Assembly: GCA_041608595.1 (NCBI GenBank)
Contig: JBFISJ010000001.1
Span: 1-48,953, forward strand
Length of the DNA: 48,953 bases
Direction: 5' to 3'
Source: Nitrospiraceae bacterium
GTDB lineage: Bacteria; Nitrospirota; Nitrospiria; Nitrospirales; Nitrospiraceae
A program made the translations under genes and the position numbers. The notes under the pieces are model-generated. The model saw only the letters and a list, made by a program, of their open reading frames with translations, ran no database searches and was not told the origin of the DNA. This document shows, one piece after another, positions 10,300 to 19,801 of the stretch; within the stretch, counting starts at the first letter, position 1; each line of letters starts with the position of its first letter.

Positions 10300-11493
10300 A
10301 TGTCGCGTCGGGGAGGGGGATCGAGCGCCGCGGCCCTGTCGTGGCCCTGGTCTTCCCAGGGCAGGCGAAAAAACGCATCGGTCGACGGGCTCGTGCTGGC
10401 CATCATCCTAATTTTGGCGGTGTTCGGCCTGGTGATGGTGTTCAGCGCGAGCGCGGTGGTTGCCGACAACCGGTTTCAGGACTCCATCTATTTCCTCAAG
10501 CGCCAGATGGCCTGGCTCGTGGTCGGATTCTTGCTTCTCCATCTGGCCTCCCGCACGGACTACATGGTGTGGCAAAAGCTCGCGTGGCCGCTGCTGGGCC
10601 TGACGATCGTCCTCCTCGTTCTCGTGCTCGTGCCCTCGATCGGGTCCATGGTCAAAGGCGCCAGGCGGTGGATCAAGCTGGGGCCCCTGTCTGTGCAGCC
10701 GGCGGAGATGGCGAAACTGGTCGTGGTGGTGTACCTCGCGGCCTACGTAACGAAAAAGGAAGGGAGGCTCGACTCCTTTGGGTCCGGGCTCTTGCCGCCC
10801 TTACTGGTGGTGGGTGTCGTCGGCGCGCTCATCCTGCAGCAGCCGGATTTGGGCACCGTTGTCATCATTGGACTAATGACCATCCTGCTGCTGTTCCTGG
10901 GCGGGGCTCGGATGACCCACCTCCTGGCCCTTCTTTTGCTGGCCTTGCCTGTGGCGGCCGCCGCAGTCTGGGCCTCCGAGTACCGGCGGCAACGCCTGCT
11001 CACTTTCCTTGCTCCGTGGAAAGACCCGCAGGATGCGGGATTCCAGGTGACGCAGTCGTTTCTGGCCTTCGGGAATGGCGGCTCCTTCGGGGTCGGGTTG
11101 GGCGAAAGCAAACAGAAACTGTTCTTCCTGCCCGAAGCCCACACGGACTTCGTCCTCGCGCTCGTGGGGGAGGAGCTTGGCCTGATCGGAACGGCGGGGA
11201 TCATGATCCTGTTTGCGCTGCTGGTGGTCCGAGGATTTCGCATTGCGGACCGCGCACGTCACCCGTTCGGCTGCCATCTGGCGCATGGAATCACCCTTCT
11301 CATCGGCCTGCAGGCCCTCATCAATGCCGGCGTGGCGACCGGGTTGCTGCCCACCAAGGGCATGACCTTGCCGCTGGTCAGCTATGGAGGCTCGTCGCTC
11401 GTGGTGACCATGATCGGCGTCGGGATCCTGCTCAGCATTTCGCGGGACCGTCGAGCGGGTCGTCAGCATGGTGGCTATGGACCCTTCGCGTGA
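10300..11493 (+). CDS. ftsW: peptidoglycan glycosyltransferase / cell division protein FtsW (SEDS family)
   Basis: Polytopic SEDS protein (QPAEMAKL, FLPEAHTDFV, PLVSYGGSS) in dcw position. The ATG at 10300 lies 6 nt after GAGGAGG; the track start TTG 10279 is less likely. Confidence 0.9.
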   Translation: MSRRGGGSSAAALSWPWSSQGRRKNASVDGLVLAIILILAVFGLVMVFSASAVVADNRFQDSIYFLKRQMAWLVVGFLLLHLASRTDYMVWQKLAWPLLGLTIVLLVLVLVPSIGSMVKGARRWIKLGPLSVQPAEMAKLVVVVYLAAYVTKKEGRLDSFGSGLLPPLLVVGVVGALILQQPDLGTVVIIGLMTILLLFLGGARMTHLLALLLLALPVAAAAVWASEYRRQRLLTFLAPWKDPQDAGFQVTQSFLAFGNGGSFGVGLGESKQKLFFLPEAHTDFVLALVGEELGLIGTAGIMILFALLVVRGFRIADRARHPFGCHLAHGITLLIGLQALINAGVATGLLPTKGMTLPLVSYGGSSLVVTMIGVGILLSISRDRRAGRQHGGYGPFA

Positions 11494-11510
11494 CGGGAGG
11501 CGGACAGCCC

Positions 11511-12650
11511 ATGCACGTGGTGATTGCGGCGGGCGGGACCGGGGGGCATCTGTATCCGGCCATTGCTCTCGCCCGGGAATTCGTCCGGCAGCGTCCCGAT
11601 ACGGAACTCGTCTTCGTCGGCACCTCCCGTGGCCTCGAGACCAAGGTGCTCGCCCACGAAGGGTTTCCGCTCGTGCTGATCTCCGCGCAGCCCTTCATGG
11701 GGGTGGGCATGTGGGGAGCGCTGCGGGGATTACTTGCGCTCCCGCGGGGACTCTGGCAGTCGGTCAACCTGTTGTCGCGCCGCAAGGCGGATCTGGTCAT
11801 CTCGGTCGGCGGCTACACAAGCCCGGCGGTGGTCCTCGCAGCCTGCCTCCTCCGGACCGCGCGTGTGCTGCTCGAGCCGAACGCCTATCCGGGGATGGCC
11901 AACAAGGCGCTGAGCCCCCTCGCCGACCGCGTCTTTCTGGCCTTCGAGTCGGCCGCGGCGCACGTGCGCTCGTCGATGGTGCGGGTCGTGGGCTCGCCCA
12001 TCCGGGAGGAGTTCGTCGGGGCCGCGGCCGCGGTCGTCGAGCCGATCGGGTCCGAACGGCCTCTGCTGCTGATCTTCGGTGGAAGTCAGGGAGCTCGGGC
12101 GATCAATCAGGCGGTCGTCGAGGCCGTCCCGCGACTGGCGGCGCTCAAGGATCGCGTGACCATCGTGCATCAGACAGGGGAGGCGGATCAGCCGCGCGTG
12201 CAGGAAGCCTACGCATCGGTCGGGTACCGGGCCACGGTGGTGCCGTTCTTATATGACCTGCCGCGGTGGCTACGACAGGCGGCGCTGGTGGTCTCGAGGT
12301 CAGGCGCGATGACCGTGGCGGAGCTGACCGCCTGCGGGCGAGCGGCGGTGCTCGTGCCGCTGCCGCAAGCGATCTATGACCATCAAATGAAGAACGCGCG
12401 TGTGCTGGAGACAGCGGGCGCCGCGGTCGTCATCCCGCAGGGTGAGCTCACCGGTGAGCGCCTGGCGTCCACGATCACGGCTTTGCTCTCGGATCCGAAG
12501 CGGCTCAGAGAGATGAGCGAGAAGAGCCAGAGCCTCGGCCGCACGGACGCGGGACGCGTCATCGTCACCGAATGTATCGAGCTCGTTGAGAGAAAGAGGT
12601 CGGGGGTGAAAAGTGAAAAGTCAGGTGGCAGAGGAAAAAGAAAGCTGTAG
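11511..12650 (+). CDS. murG: UDP-GlcNAc:lipid I N-acetylglucosaminyltransferase
   Basis: MHVVIAAGGTGGHLYPAIALA N-terminus with GGGAGG upstream. It forms the 3' portion of the artefactual 784-aa ORF 10296..12650. It ends in a Lys/Arg-rich tail. Confidence 0.93.
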   Translation: MHVVIAAGGTGGHLYPAIALAREFVRQRPDTELVFVGTSRGLETKVLAHEGFPLVLISAQPFMGVGMWGALRGLLALPRGLWQSVNLLSRRKADLVISVGGYTSPAVVLAACLLRTARVLLEPNAYPGMANKALSPLADRVFLAFESAAAHVRSSMVRVVGSPIREEFVGAAAAVVEPIGSERPLLLIFGGSQGARAINQAVVEAVPRLAALKDRVTIVHQTGEADQPRVQEAYASVGYRATVVPFLYDLPRWLRQAALVVSRSGAMTVAELTACGRAAVLVPLPQAIYDHQMKNARVLETAGAAVVIPQGELTGERLASTITALLSDPKRLREMSEKSQSLGRTDAGRVIVTECIELVERKRSGVKSEKSGGRGKRKL

Positions 12651-12746
12651 GTGCTGTGTGAGACCGGCTTACAGGCTCTCACGTGGAACCTGCAACGTGA
12701 GTGTCTTCTTCATGCCGCGAACCCTTTTCCGATTGATGAGGTAAGC

Positions 12747-14147
12747 ATGTTTCGGAAAATTCAGCACATCCACCTGGTTGGCATCGGCGGATCGGGCATG
12801 AGCGGGATCGCCGAGGTCCTGCTCACGTTGGGGTACAAAGTGACGGGGTCCGATCTCAGCCCCTCCGAAACCACGAAGCGGCTCGAGGAGCTGGGCGGCC
12901 GCATCTTCCTCGGCCACCAGGAATCCAACATTGGGGAGGCGCAGGTCGTGGTCGTGTCCTCCGCGGTGTCCCTTACGAACCCGGAGGTCCTCGCCGCGCG
13001 GGATCGCTTGATTCCCGTCATTCCCCGGGCCGAGATGCTGGCCGAGTTGATGCGTCTCAAGTACGGGATCGCCATCGCCGGGGCGCACGGGAAGACGACG
13101 ACCACTTCCATGGTCGCGGTGGTCCTCGCCCAGGGAGGGCTCGACCCGACGTTCGTGGTCGGCGGCAAGGTGACAGCCCTGGGAAGCCATGCGCGTTTGG
13201 GGCGCGGCGATTTCCTCGTAGCCGAAGCGGACGAGAGCGATGGATCGTTTTTGCGCCTCTCACCCTCGATCGTGACTGTCACAAACATCGACCGGGAGCA
13301 CCTCGATTTCTACGGCACGATGGAGCGGCTCGAGCGGAGCTTCCTTGACTTCATCAATCGGATTCCTTTCTACGGCCTGGCGGTCCTCTGCGCGGATGAC
13401 CAGCGCATCTGCGCGCTGCTTCCCCACATCGTCAAGCGCTATCAGACCTACGGTCTGGGCGACGGCGACGGGAGCCCACCGCCTGACTTTCGCGCGACCG
13501 ATATCGCGCTCAAGGAGTGGGGAGCCGAGTTCCGCGCGCAATTCCGTGGCAAGAGCCTGGGGCCATTCCGGCTGGCGATTCCCGGCCTGCACAACGTGTC
13601 AAACGCGTTGGCCGCCATCGCCATCGGTCTGGAGCTCGAGATCCCCGTCGACCTGATCCGGAAAGGCTTGAATAACTTCTCGGGCGTGGAGCGCCGGTTC
13701 GAGCTGCGGGGCGAGCGCGCGGGCATCACAATCATGGACGACTACGGTCATCACCCGACGGAGATCCGGGCGACGCTCTCGGCGGTCAAGCAGGGCTGGA
13801 ACCGACGCGTGGTGGTGCTGTTTCAGCCGCACCGCTACACGCGGACCCGTGACTTGCTGGAGGACTTCGCCCACGCCTTCGATCTCGCCGACATCCTGTT
13901 CATCACGGAGATCTACCCAGCAGGTGAGGACGAGATCCCGGGCGTGTCCGGCGAGCGTCTGGCCTCGACCGTGCGCGACGCGGGTCATCAGGCCGTCACC
14001 TGGGTGGCGAGAAAGCAGGACCTCGCGGCGCAGGTCCATCCTGTCCTGCGTCCGGGGGATTTCGTCATTACGCTCGGTGCCGGCGACATCTGGAAGGCGG
14101 GCAAGGAGTTGCTGGAGTTGTTGGATCAGGCACCACCCCAGGAGTGA
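12747..14147 (+). CDS. murC: UDP-N-acetylmuramate:L-alanine ligase
   Basis: IHLVGIGGSGMSGIAEVL N-terminus and P-loop GAHGKTTTTSM. The ATG at 12747 gives 466 aa, the typical length. Confidence 0.93.
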   Translation: MFRKIQHIHLVGIGGSGMSGIAEVLLTLGYKVTGSDLSPSETTKRLEELGGRIFLGHQESNIGEAQVVVVSSAVSLTNPEVLAARDRLIPVIPRAEMLAELMRLKYGIAIAGAHGKTTTTSMVAVVLAQGGLDPTFVVGGKVTALGSHARLGRGDFLVAEADESDGSFLRLSPSIVTVTNIDREHLDFYGTMERLERSFLDFINRIPFYGLAVLCADDQRICALLPHIVKRYQTYGLGDGDGSPPPDFRATDIALKEWGAEFRAQFRGKSLGPFRLAIPGLHNVSNALAAIAIGLELEIPVDLIRKGLNNFSGVERRFELRGERAGITIMDDYGHHPTEIRATLSAVKQGWNRRVVVLFQPHRYTRTRDLLEDFAHAFDLADILFITEIYPAGEDEIPGVSGERLASTVRDAGHQAVTWVARKQDLAAQVHPVLRPGDFVITLGAGDIWKAGKELLELLDQAPPQE

Positions 14148-14177
14148 ACGGGGGCGTGGGAGCGCGGTGGAGCCATC

Positions 14178-15107
14178 ATGCGACGGAAGACGAGTCGGAA
14201 GTGGGACCTGCGCCGCGTGGTCGACGGTGTGGCGGGGGAAGTGCGGTTCGATGCACCGCTGCGCGACTACACTTCATTTCGGATCGGCGGCCCCGCTGAC
14301 GTGTTGGTCGTGCCCAAGGATCTCGATGCCCTGGTGCGGTTGCTCAAACAGGCGGGTCGCGCACGATGCCCCGTCTTCGTGGTCGGCGGGACCAACCTGC
14401 TCGTCCGGGACGGAGGGATACGCGGCGTGGTGGTCTGCCTTTCCAAGTTCACCCGCATCAGCGACGAGGGAGACGGAGTGCTCTACGCGGAAGCTGGAGT
14501 GGGGATGCCAAGCCTCATGCAACATGCGATCAAGCGCGCGCTGTCGGGACTCGAGTGGGCGGCGGGAATCCCTGGGACGGTCGCCGGCTGTGTCGTCATG
14601 AACGCGGGCACGAGGCTGGGTGAAATGAGAAGCGCGGTGAAAGCGGTGCGTGTGGTGAGCCCCAGGGGTGTGATCGGTGACCATCCCGCCTCCGCCCTTT
14701 GCTTCGGATACCGACACGCCAAGATTCCCAAGGGGGTGATCGCGGGCGTGTGGGTGCAACTCAAGCCGGCCGCGCGGGAGCAGATCGGCAAGGTGGTCAA
14801 GGACTACTTGCACTATCGCAAAGCCACGCAACCGCTGACGATGCCCAACGCGGGCTGTGTCTTCAAGAACCTCGAGGACGTGTCGGCGGGGAAGCTCGTC
14901 GAGGACGCAGGTATGAAGGGCATGCGCGTCGGGGATGCGCAGGTGTCGCCGAAGCACGCCAATTTTGTGGTCAACCTCGGTGGGGCGCGGGCGGCGGATG
15001 CCTTGTCGCTCATCCGGAAAGTGCGGAGCGCCGTGAAACGACGGACGGGCAGGAGTCTGCAACTGGAGCTGAAAATCGTCGGGGAGAATCTCAAAGCACG
15101 TAATTAG
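14178..15107 (+). CDS. murB: UDP-N-acetylenolpyruvoylglucosamine reductase
   Basis: FAD-binding PCMH-type N-terminus (TSFRIGGPADVLVVP, VVGGGTNLLV) and a C-terminal MurB domain (AGCVFKN, HANFVVN). Confidence 0.93.
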   Translation: MRRKTSRKWDLRRVVDGVAGEVRFDAPLRDYTSFRIGGPADVLVVPKDLDALVRLLKQAGRARCPVFVVGGTNLLVRDGGIRGVVVCLSKFTRISDEGDGVLYAEAGVGMPSLMQHAIKRALSGLEWAAGIPGTVAGCVVMNAGTRLGEMRSAVKAVRVVSPRGVIGDHPASALCFGYRHAKIPKGVIAGVWVQLKPAAREQIGKVVKDYLHYRKATQPLTMPNAGCVFKNLEDVSAGKLVEDAGMKGMRVGDAQVSPKHANFVVNLGGARAADALSLIRKVRSAVKRRTGRSLQLELKIVGENLKARN

Positions 15108-15183
15108 GTAACCCGGTAAATGGGTAATTCGGAAGGAGATGGATGTCTTCCTAATTGCCCATTTACCGACTTACCCAATTACC
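15107..15183. repeat. GGTAA/TTACC-rich imperfect palindrome, copy 2 of the family
   Basis: CGGTAAATGGGTAATTCGGAAGGA (15114-15137) pairs with TCTTCCTAATTGCCCATTTACCG (15146-15168), with 2 mismatches and 1 indel. It starts on the last base of the murB stop codon and ends 20 nt before the ddl ATG. Confidence 0.75.
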
Positions 15184-15202
15184 GCCTGACGTCGAGGAGA
15201 GC

Positions 15203-16153
15203 ATGCCACTGACGCGGTGTCGAATCGGAGTGCTCATGGGTGGCCAGTCGGCTGAGCGCGAGATCTCGCTGAAGTCGGGTACCGCGATCCACGCGGCGCT
15301 GTTGCGCCGCGGCTATGATGCCGTGGCCCTCGACGTGGATGCCGGGCTACCCGAACAACTCCGCAACGGGAAAATCGAGATCGCCTTCATCGCCCTGCAC
15401 GGGCCGGGCGGTGAGGACGGGACGATGCAGGGTCTTCTGGAGATCATGGGGATTCCATACACGGGATCGAACGTACGAGCCAGCGCCATCTCCCTGCACA
15501 AGCATGCCGCCAAAGCCTTGCTGGGATACCACGGTATTCCGGTTCCCGAAGGGCGCGTCATCAGGCGCACCGATGAGGGCACCGCGGCTGCACGACCGCC
15601 GCGCCGAGGCACCGCCTGGCCGGTGGTAATCAAGCCGGCGACCCAGGGATCCACCTTTGGGATCTCGATTGTGCGAAAACCCGCGCAATGGGCGGCAGCC
15701 CTCCGGCTGGCGCATCACTACGACAGCGAAGCCCTCGTGGAGCCCTACATCCCCGGGCACGAGGTGACGGTGTCGGTGCTCGGCGAGCCGCACAAGCCGG
15801 TGGCCTTGCCGACGATCGAAATCGTGGCGCCGGACGGGTTCTATGACTTCGCCGCCAAGTATGAGAAAGGTCGGTCGGAGTACAAGTGTCCTGCCCCCCT
15901 GCCGGCTCGGCTGCGGAAGCAGGTCGAACACCTGGCCGTCCGCTGCTTCTCCATTCTCGAGTGCGACGGGGCCGCGCGCGTGGACTTCCGCGTGACCCCT
16001 CGCGGGCGTCCCTATGTCCTTGAGGTGAACACCGTCCCCGGCATGACCGAAACGAGCCTCCTGCCGATGGCGGCGGCCAAGGCGGGCATCGACTATGATT
16101 CGTTGACCGAGCGGATTCTGGAATCGGCGCTCCGACGAGCGCGCACCGCGTAG
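15203..16153 (+). CDS. ddl: D-alanine--D-alanine ligase
   Basis: RIGVLMGGQSAEREISLKSG N-terminus and an ATP-grasp core. The ATG at 15203 is preceded by GAGGAGAG. The track start TTG 15155 lies inside the palindrome. Confidence 0.93.
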   Translation: MPLTRCRIGVLMGGQSAEREISLKSGTAIHAALLRRGYDAVALDVDAGLPEQLRNGKIEIAFIALHGPGGEDGTMQGLLEIMGIPYTGSNVRASAISLHKHAAKALLGYHGIPVPEGRVIRRTDEGTAAARPPRRGTAWPVVIKPATQGSTFGISIVRKPAQWAAALRLAHHYDSEALVEPYIPGHEVTVSVLGEPHKPVALPTIEIVAPDGFYDFAAKYEKGRSEYKCPAPLPARLRKQVEHLAVRCFSILECDGAARVDFRVTPRGRPYVLEVNTVPGMTETSLLPMAAAKAGIDYDSLTERILESALRRARTA

Positions 16154-16199
16154 CCCCGATGTGTATGATAACAGCGCTGTTGGACAGGAGTACCTGGCG

Positions 16200-17063
16200 A
16201 TGAATGTGCCACACCGTCGTACCTCAGGGCGATTCGGGCTCCCCCGGAAGATGCTCGCAACACGGCTTCGTTCGGGGAGGGCACCTCACCGGACACGATC
16301 CCGCCGCCGTGCAGGTCGTGTCTGGAAGATCGGCGCGCGGGTCTGCCTCTGGCTCACCGTGTTTGCCGCTCTCGGATGGGGCGCGGCGGAGGCCTACCGG
16401 GAGTACGGCCAGACGGCGGCGAGGTGGTTCGAGATCCGCCATATCACCGTGTCCGGGACGAGTCAGGTGACGCGTGACGAGGTCATCGAGCACATGCGGA
16501 TGCGTCCGAATGAAACGCTCTTCTCACTCGAGGTTGGCCGGGCGCTCGAGGGCCTGAAGTCGCATGCTTGGATCAAGGACGCCACGCTGACGCGGATCCC
16601 CTTCCACAGCCTGACCGTTCGTGTCGTCGAGCGTGAGCCGGTTGCCATCGTCAAGGGCGCATCGCTCGACGTGCTGGTGGATCACGAAGGGCATGTCCTG
16701 TCCGTCTTGGGGCCGACGGAGGATCTCTCGCTCCCGGTGCTACATGGGATCGACCCGAACCGGCTCATCCATGGCGAAGCGGTGTCGCGGACCACGGTGC
16801 GCGCCGGTATTGAGGTAGCGCGCTTGGTCACAGAGGTGTTCGACGGACGTCCCGAGGTGGATGCCCGGAATCCTTCCAACCTGGTCGCCTCGGTGAACGG
16901 GCTTCGGTTCGAGTTCGGCTCCGCGTCCTTTCGGGAGAAGTGGGCCCTCTACCGGAAGATCCGCCCGGCCCTTCACGTGTCGGCTGGCGCGGGACATGAC
17001 GCATCCGCGAGCGAGATTGATCTCCGGTATCCCAAAAAAGTGATCGTCAGAGAAAGGGGGTAG
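16200..17063 (+). CDS. ftsQ: cell division protein FtsQ (POTRA domain)
   Basis: Basic cytoplasmic tail, one TM helix (VCLWLTVFAALGWGAA), then a POTRA-like region (IRHITVSGTSQVTRDEV), in dcw position. Start is ATG 16200 (AGGAG upstream) or ATG 16161. Confidence 0.85.
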   Translation: MNVPHRRTSGRFGLPRKMLATRLRSGRAPHRTRSRRRAGRVWKIGARVCLWLTVFAALGWGAAEAYREYGQTAARWFEIRHITVSGTSQVTRDEVIEHMRMRPNETLFSLEVGRALEGLKSHAWIKDATLTRIPFHSLTVRVVEREPVAIVKGASLDVLVDHEGHVLSVLGPTEDLSLPVLHGIDPNRLIHGEAVSRTTVRAGIEVARLVTEVFDGRPEVDARNPSNLVASVNGLRFEFGSASFREKWALYRKIRPALHVSAGAGHDASASEIDLRYPKKVIVRERG

Positions 17064-17069
17064 GCGGCA

Positions 17070-18305
17070 GTGCCGAAACGAGACCATATCCTGGTGGGGC
17101 TGGACATCGGCACGACCAAGATTTGCGCGATTGTGGCCGAGGTCACGGAGGACAGCGTCGTGAACATCGTCGGGGTCGGGTCGAGCGCGTCACGAGGACT
17201 GCGCAAAGGGGTCGTCGTCAACATCGAAAGCACGGTGGAGTCCATCAAGAAGGCGGTGGAGGAAGCCGAGCTCATGGCCGCGGTCCAGATCAACTCGGTC
17301 TACACCGGGATCGCGGGCAGCCATATCTCCGGCGAGAACTCCAAGGGGGTCGTGGCGCTGAAGAAGCAGGAGGTCACCTGGCAGGACATTCAGCGTACCA
17401 TCGAGACGGCGCGGACCGCCACAATCCTGCCGCAGGATCGGCGCATCCTCCACATCATCCCCCGAGAGTTCATCGTCGATGACCAGGACGGGGTGCGCGA
17501 TCCGCTCGGCATGTTCGGCTCGCGCCTTGAGGTCAGCCTGCATATCATCACGGGAGCCGTGACGTCGGCGCAGAACATCATTAAGAGCGTGAATCGGGCC
17601 GGGCTCGACGTGGTGGACATCGTCCTGCAACCGCTGGCATCCAGCGAAGCGGTTCTCACGCCGGAGGAGCGGGAACTGGGTGTCGCGATGGTCGATCTGG
17701 GGGGTGGCACCACCGACCTGGCGATTTTTCTGGAGGGCAGCATTCGGCACACGGCGGTGCTCCCGATCGGCGGGCAACACCTCACGAAGGACATCGCGTT
17801 CGGTCTGCGGACACCACAGGCCGAAGCCGAGAAGATCAAGATCCGTCACGGCGTCGCGCTCGCGGAGCTCGTTCAGGAGGAGGACTGTGTGGAGGTACCC
17901 AGTGTCGGCGAGCGATTGCCGAGAAACGTCTCCACCAAGACCTTGGCCGAGATTATCGAGCCTCGGGTGGAGGAGATGTTCGACCTGGTGCAACGGGAAA
18001 TTGTCCGGACAGGGTACGAGGGCATGCTGGCGGGCGGGGTGGTGATCACTGGCGGCACCTCGCTCCTCAGCAAAATGCCCGAGGCGGCCGAGCGCGTGCT
18101 GGACCTCCCCGTCCGGCGGGGCGTGCCCGGCGGAATCGGCGGCCTGCGCGACATCGTCAGCAACCCCATGCACGCGACTGGCGTCGGGTTGATCCTGCAC
18201 GCCTTGCGTCATGCGGAAGAGCTGGAAACCGCCGGGTACCGACACGGTCGACCGATCGGCCGGGTCTTTGATCGCATGCGCGCGTGGATGTTCGACTTCT
18301 TCTAG
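17070..18305 (+). CDS. ftsA: cell division protein FtsA (actin-like ATPase)
   Basis: LVGLDIGTTKICAIVAEV phosphate-1 motif, DLGGGTTD phosphate-2 motif and a C-terminal amphipathic helix (RMRAWMFDFF). Confidence 0.95.
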   Translation: MPKRDHILVGLDIGTTKICAIVAEVTEDSVVNIVGVGSSASRGLRKGVVVNIESTVESIKKAVEEAELMAAVQINSVYTGIAGSHISGENSKGVVALKKQEVTWQDIQRTIETARTATILPQDRRILHIIPREFIVDDQDGVRDPLGMFGSRLEVSLHIITGAVTSAQNIIKSVNRAGLDVVDIVLQPLASSEAVLTPEERELGVAMVDLGGGTTDLAIFLEGSIRHTAVLPIGGQHLTKDIAFGLRTPQAEAEKIKIRHGVALAELVQEEDCVEVPSVGERLPRNVSTKTLAEIIEPRVEEMFDLVQREIVRTGYEGMLAGGVVITGGTSLLSKMPEAAERVLDLPVRRGVPGGIGGLRDIVSNPMHATGVGLILHALRHAEELETAGYRHGRPIGRVFDRMRAWMFDFF

Positions 18306-18607
18306 CAGGATGGTGAAAAAGGCCGCTAGTCGGGGGGCTCGTTGCTCCACCACGTGCAACGCGCTACGGTCACCCGCTCGCCGGAGACCCGCCTTGCGGG
18401 TGCTGCCGGCGGCCTTTTAGAACATCCGGCATGGCACGCAGACGCGGTAATGGCGATCGGTGCCCTCTGGCTTCCACGGGCACGAGGAGGGTTGTTCAGC
18501 GGCCCGGTCGTTCGGAAGGGAAACGAGGATCATACGGTTCACGGATTAAAGTGGATTAACGGGCTGAACGAGCTCAATCGATCACACGGCTCGGAAGGAG
18601 GAACGCC

Positions 18608-19798
18608 ATGTTCTCGTTTCAGGAAGATGATGTCATGCCCGTACGAATCAAGGTGTTCGGCGTCGGAGGCGCGGGTTGCAACGCGGTTAACACGATGATC
18701 GAGGCCGGGCTTTGCCGCGTCGAATTTATCGCGGCCAACACGGATGTGCAAGCACTCGACCGGTCGAAGGCCATCTTCAAGCTCCAGCTCGGACCCGTGC
18801 GCACCTCCGGGTTGGGGGCGGGGTCCAAGCCGGACGTGGGCAAGGATGCCGCGCTCGAGAGCAAGGACGAGATCCGCGAATCCCTGGAGGGTTCTGACAT
18901 GGTCTTCGTGACAGGCGGCATGGGTGGCGGCACGGGAACGGGCGGCGCGCCGGTGGTGGCCGGGATCGCCCGTGAGGCGGGCGCGCTCACCGTGGGAGTG
19001 GTGACGAAACCGTTTGAGTACGAGGGGCGGCGTCGCATGACGCAGGCCGAGGAGGGCATTCGCGAATTGCGGAAGAATGTCGACACCCTTCTGGTGATTC
19101 CGAACCAGCGCTTGCTGGGGATCGTGGACAGGTCCACGCCTCTGCTTGAGGCCTTTACAGTGGCGGACGACGTGCTCCGGCAGGCGATCAAGGGGATCGC
19201 CGACGTGATCACGACGACTGGATTCATCAACGTCGATTTTGCGGACGTCCGCACGGTCATGACCTACACCGGCCGAGCCGTGATGGGCGTCGGAATCTCT
19301 CGGGGCACCAACCGCGCCATCGAGGCGGCCCAAAAGGCGATCTCGAGCCCCTTGTTGGAGGAGGGCAGCGTGGAGGGGGCCAAGGGAGTCTTGTTGAATA
19401 TCACCGGCGGGACCAATCTGACGCTCCACGAGGTCGACGAAGCCGCCTCCATTATTAAGGAGGCGGCCGATCCCCAGGCAAACATTATCGTGGGACAGGT
19501 GCTGGAGCAGGGGTTCGACGACGACGTAATGGTCACGGTGATCGCGACGGGGTTCGAGGAGCAGGAGCCGCTTCCCAAGCCCGCGCTACTCGAGAAGCCC
19601 GTGACCCGTGTGGGGCGCGCTTCCCAGCAGGTCATGGCGGCTGTGCAAGCGCTGGCGGGCGATGCCCCGCGGAAGGATCTGGACCGCCCCACGTTTTTAC
19701 GCCGATTCACCGATCAGCGGGAAGGGCAGGAGCGATTGACCCTGACCGCGGAGGACGAGTGGGACGTGCCAACTTTTCTGAGGAAGCAGTCGGACTGA
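18608..19798 (+). CDS. ftsZ: cell division GTPase FtsZ
   Basis: Tubulin signature [10 protein letters not shown], an N-terminal [10 protein letters not shown] and the conserved C-terminal peptide [10 protein letters not shown] strong SD (GGAAGGAGG) precedes ATG 18608. Confidence 0.97.
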   Translation: MFSFQEDDVMPVRIKVFGVGGAGCNAVNTMIEAGLCRVEFIAANTDVQALDRSKAIFKLQLGPVRTSGLGAGSKPDVGKDAALESKDEIRESLEGSDMVFVTGGMGGGTGTGGAPVVAGIAREAGALTVGVVTKPFEYEGRRRMTQAEEGIRELRKNVDTLLVIPNQRLLGIVDRSTPLLEAFTVADDVLRQAIKGIADVITTTGFINVDFADVRTVMTYTGRAVMGVGISRGTNRAIEAAQKAISSPLLEEGSVEGAKGVLLNITGGTNLTLHEVDEAASIIKEAADPQANIIVGQVLEQGFDDDVMVTVIATGFEEQEPLPKPALLEKPVTRVGRASQQVMAAVQALAGDAPRKDLDRPTFLRRFTDQREGQERLTLTAEDEWDVPTFLRKQSD

Positions 19799-19801
19799 GC
19801 C

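Noticed and set aside
10296-11510. 5' two-thirds of the 784-aa ORF 10296..12650, which looks like a giant fusion protein.
   Set aside because: Only the portion from 11511 onward is MurG. The upstream part is an alternative frame of ftsW with Arg/Gly/Pro-rich nonsense sequence. ftsW is clearly encoded in the 10300..11493 frame.
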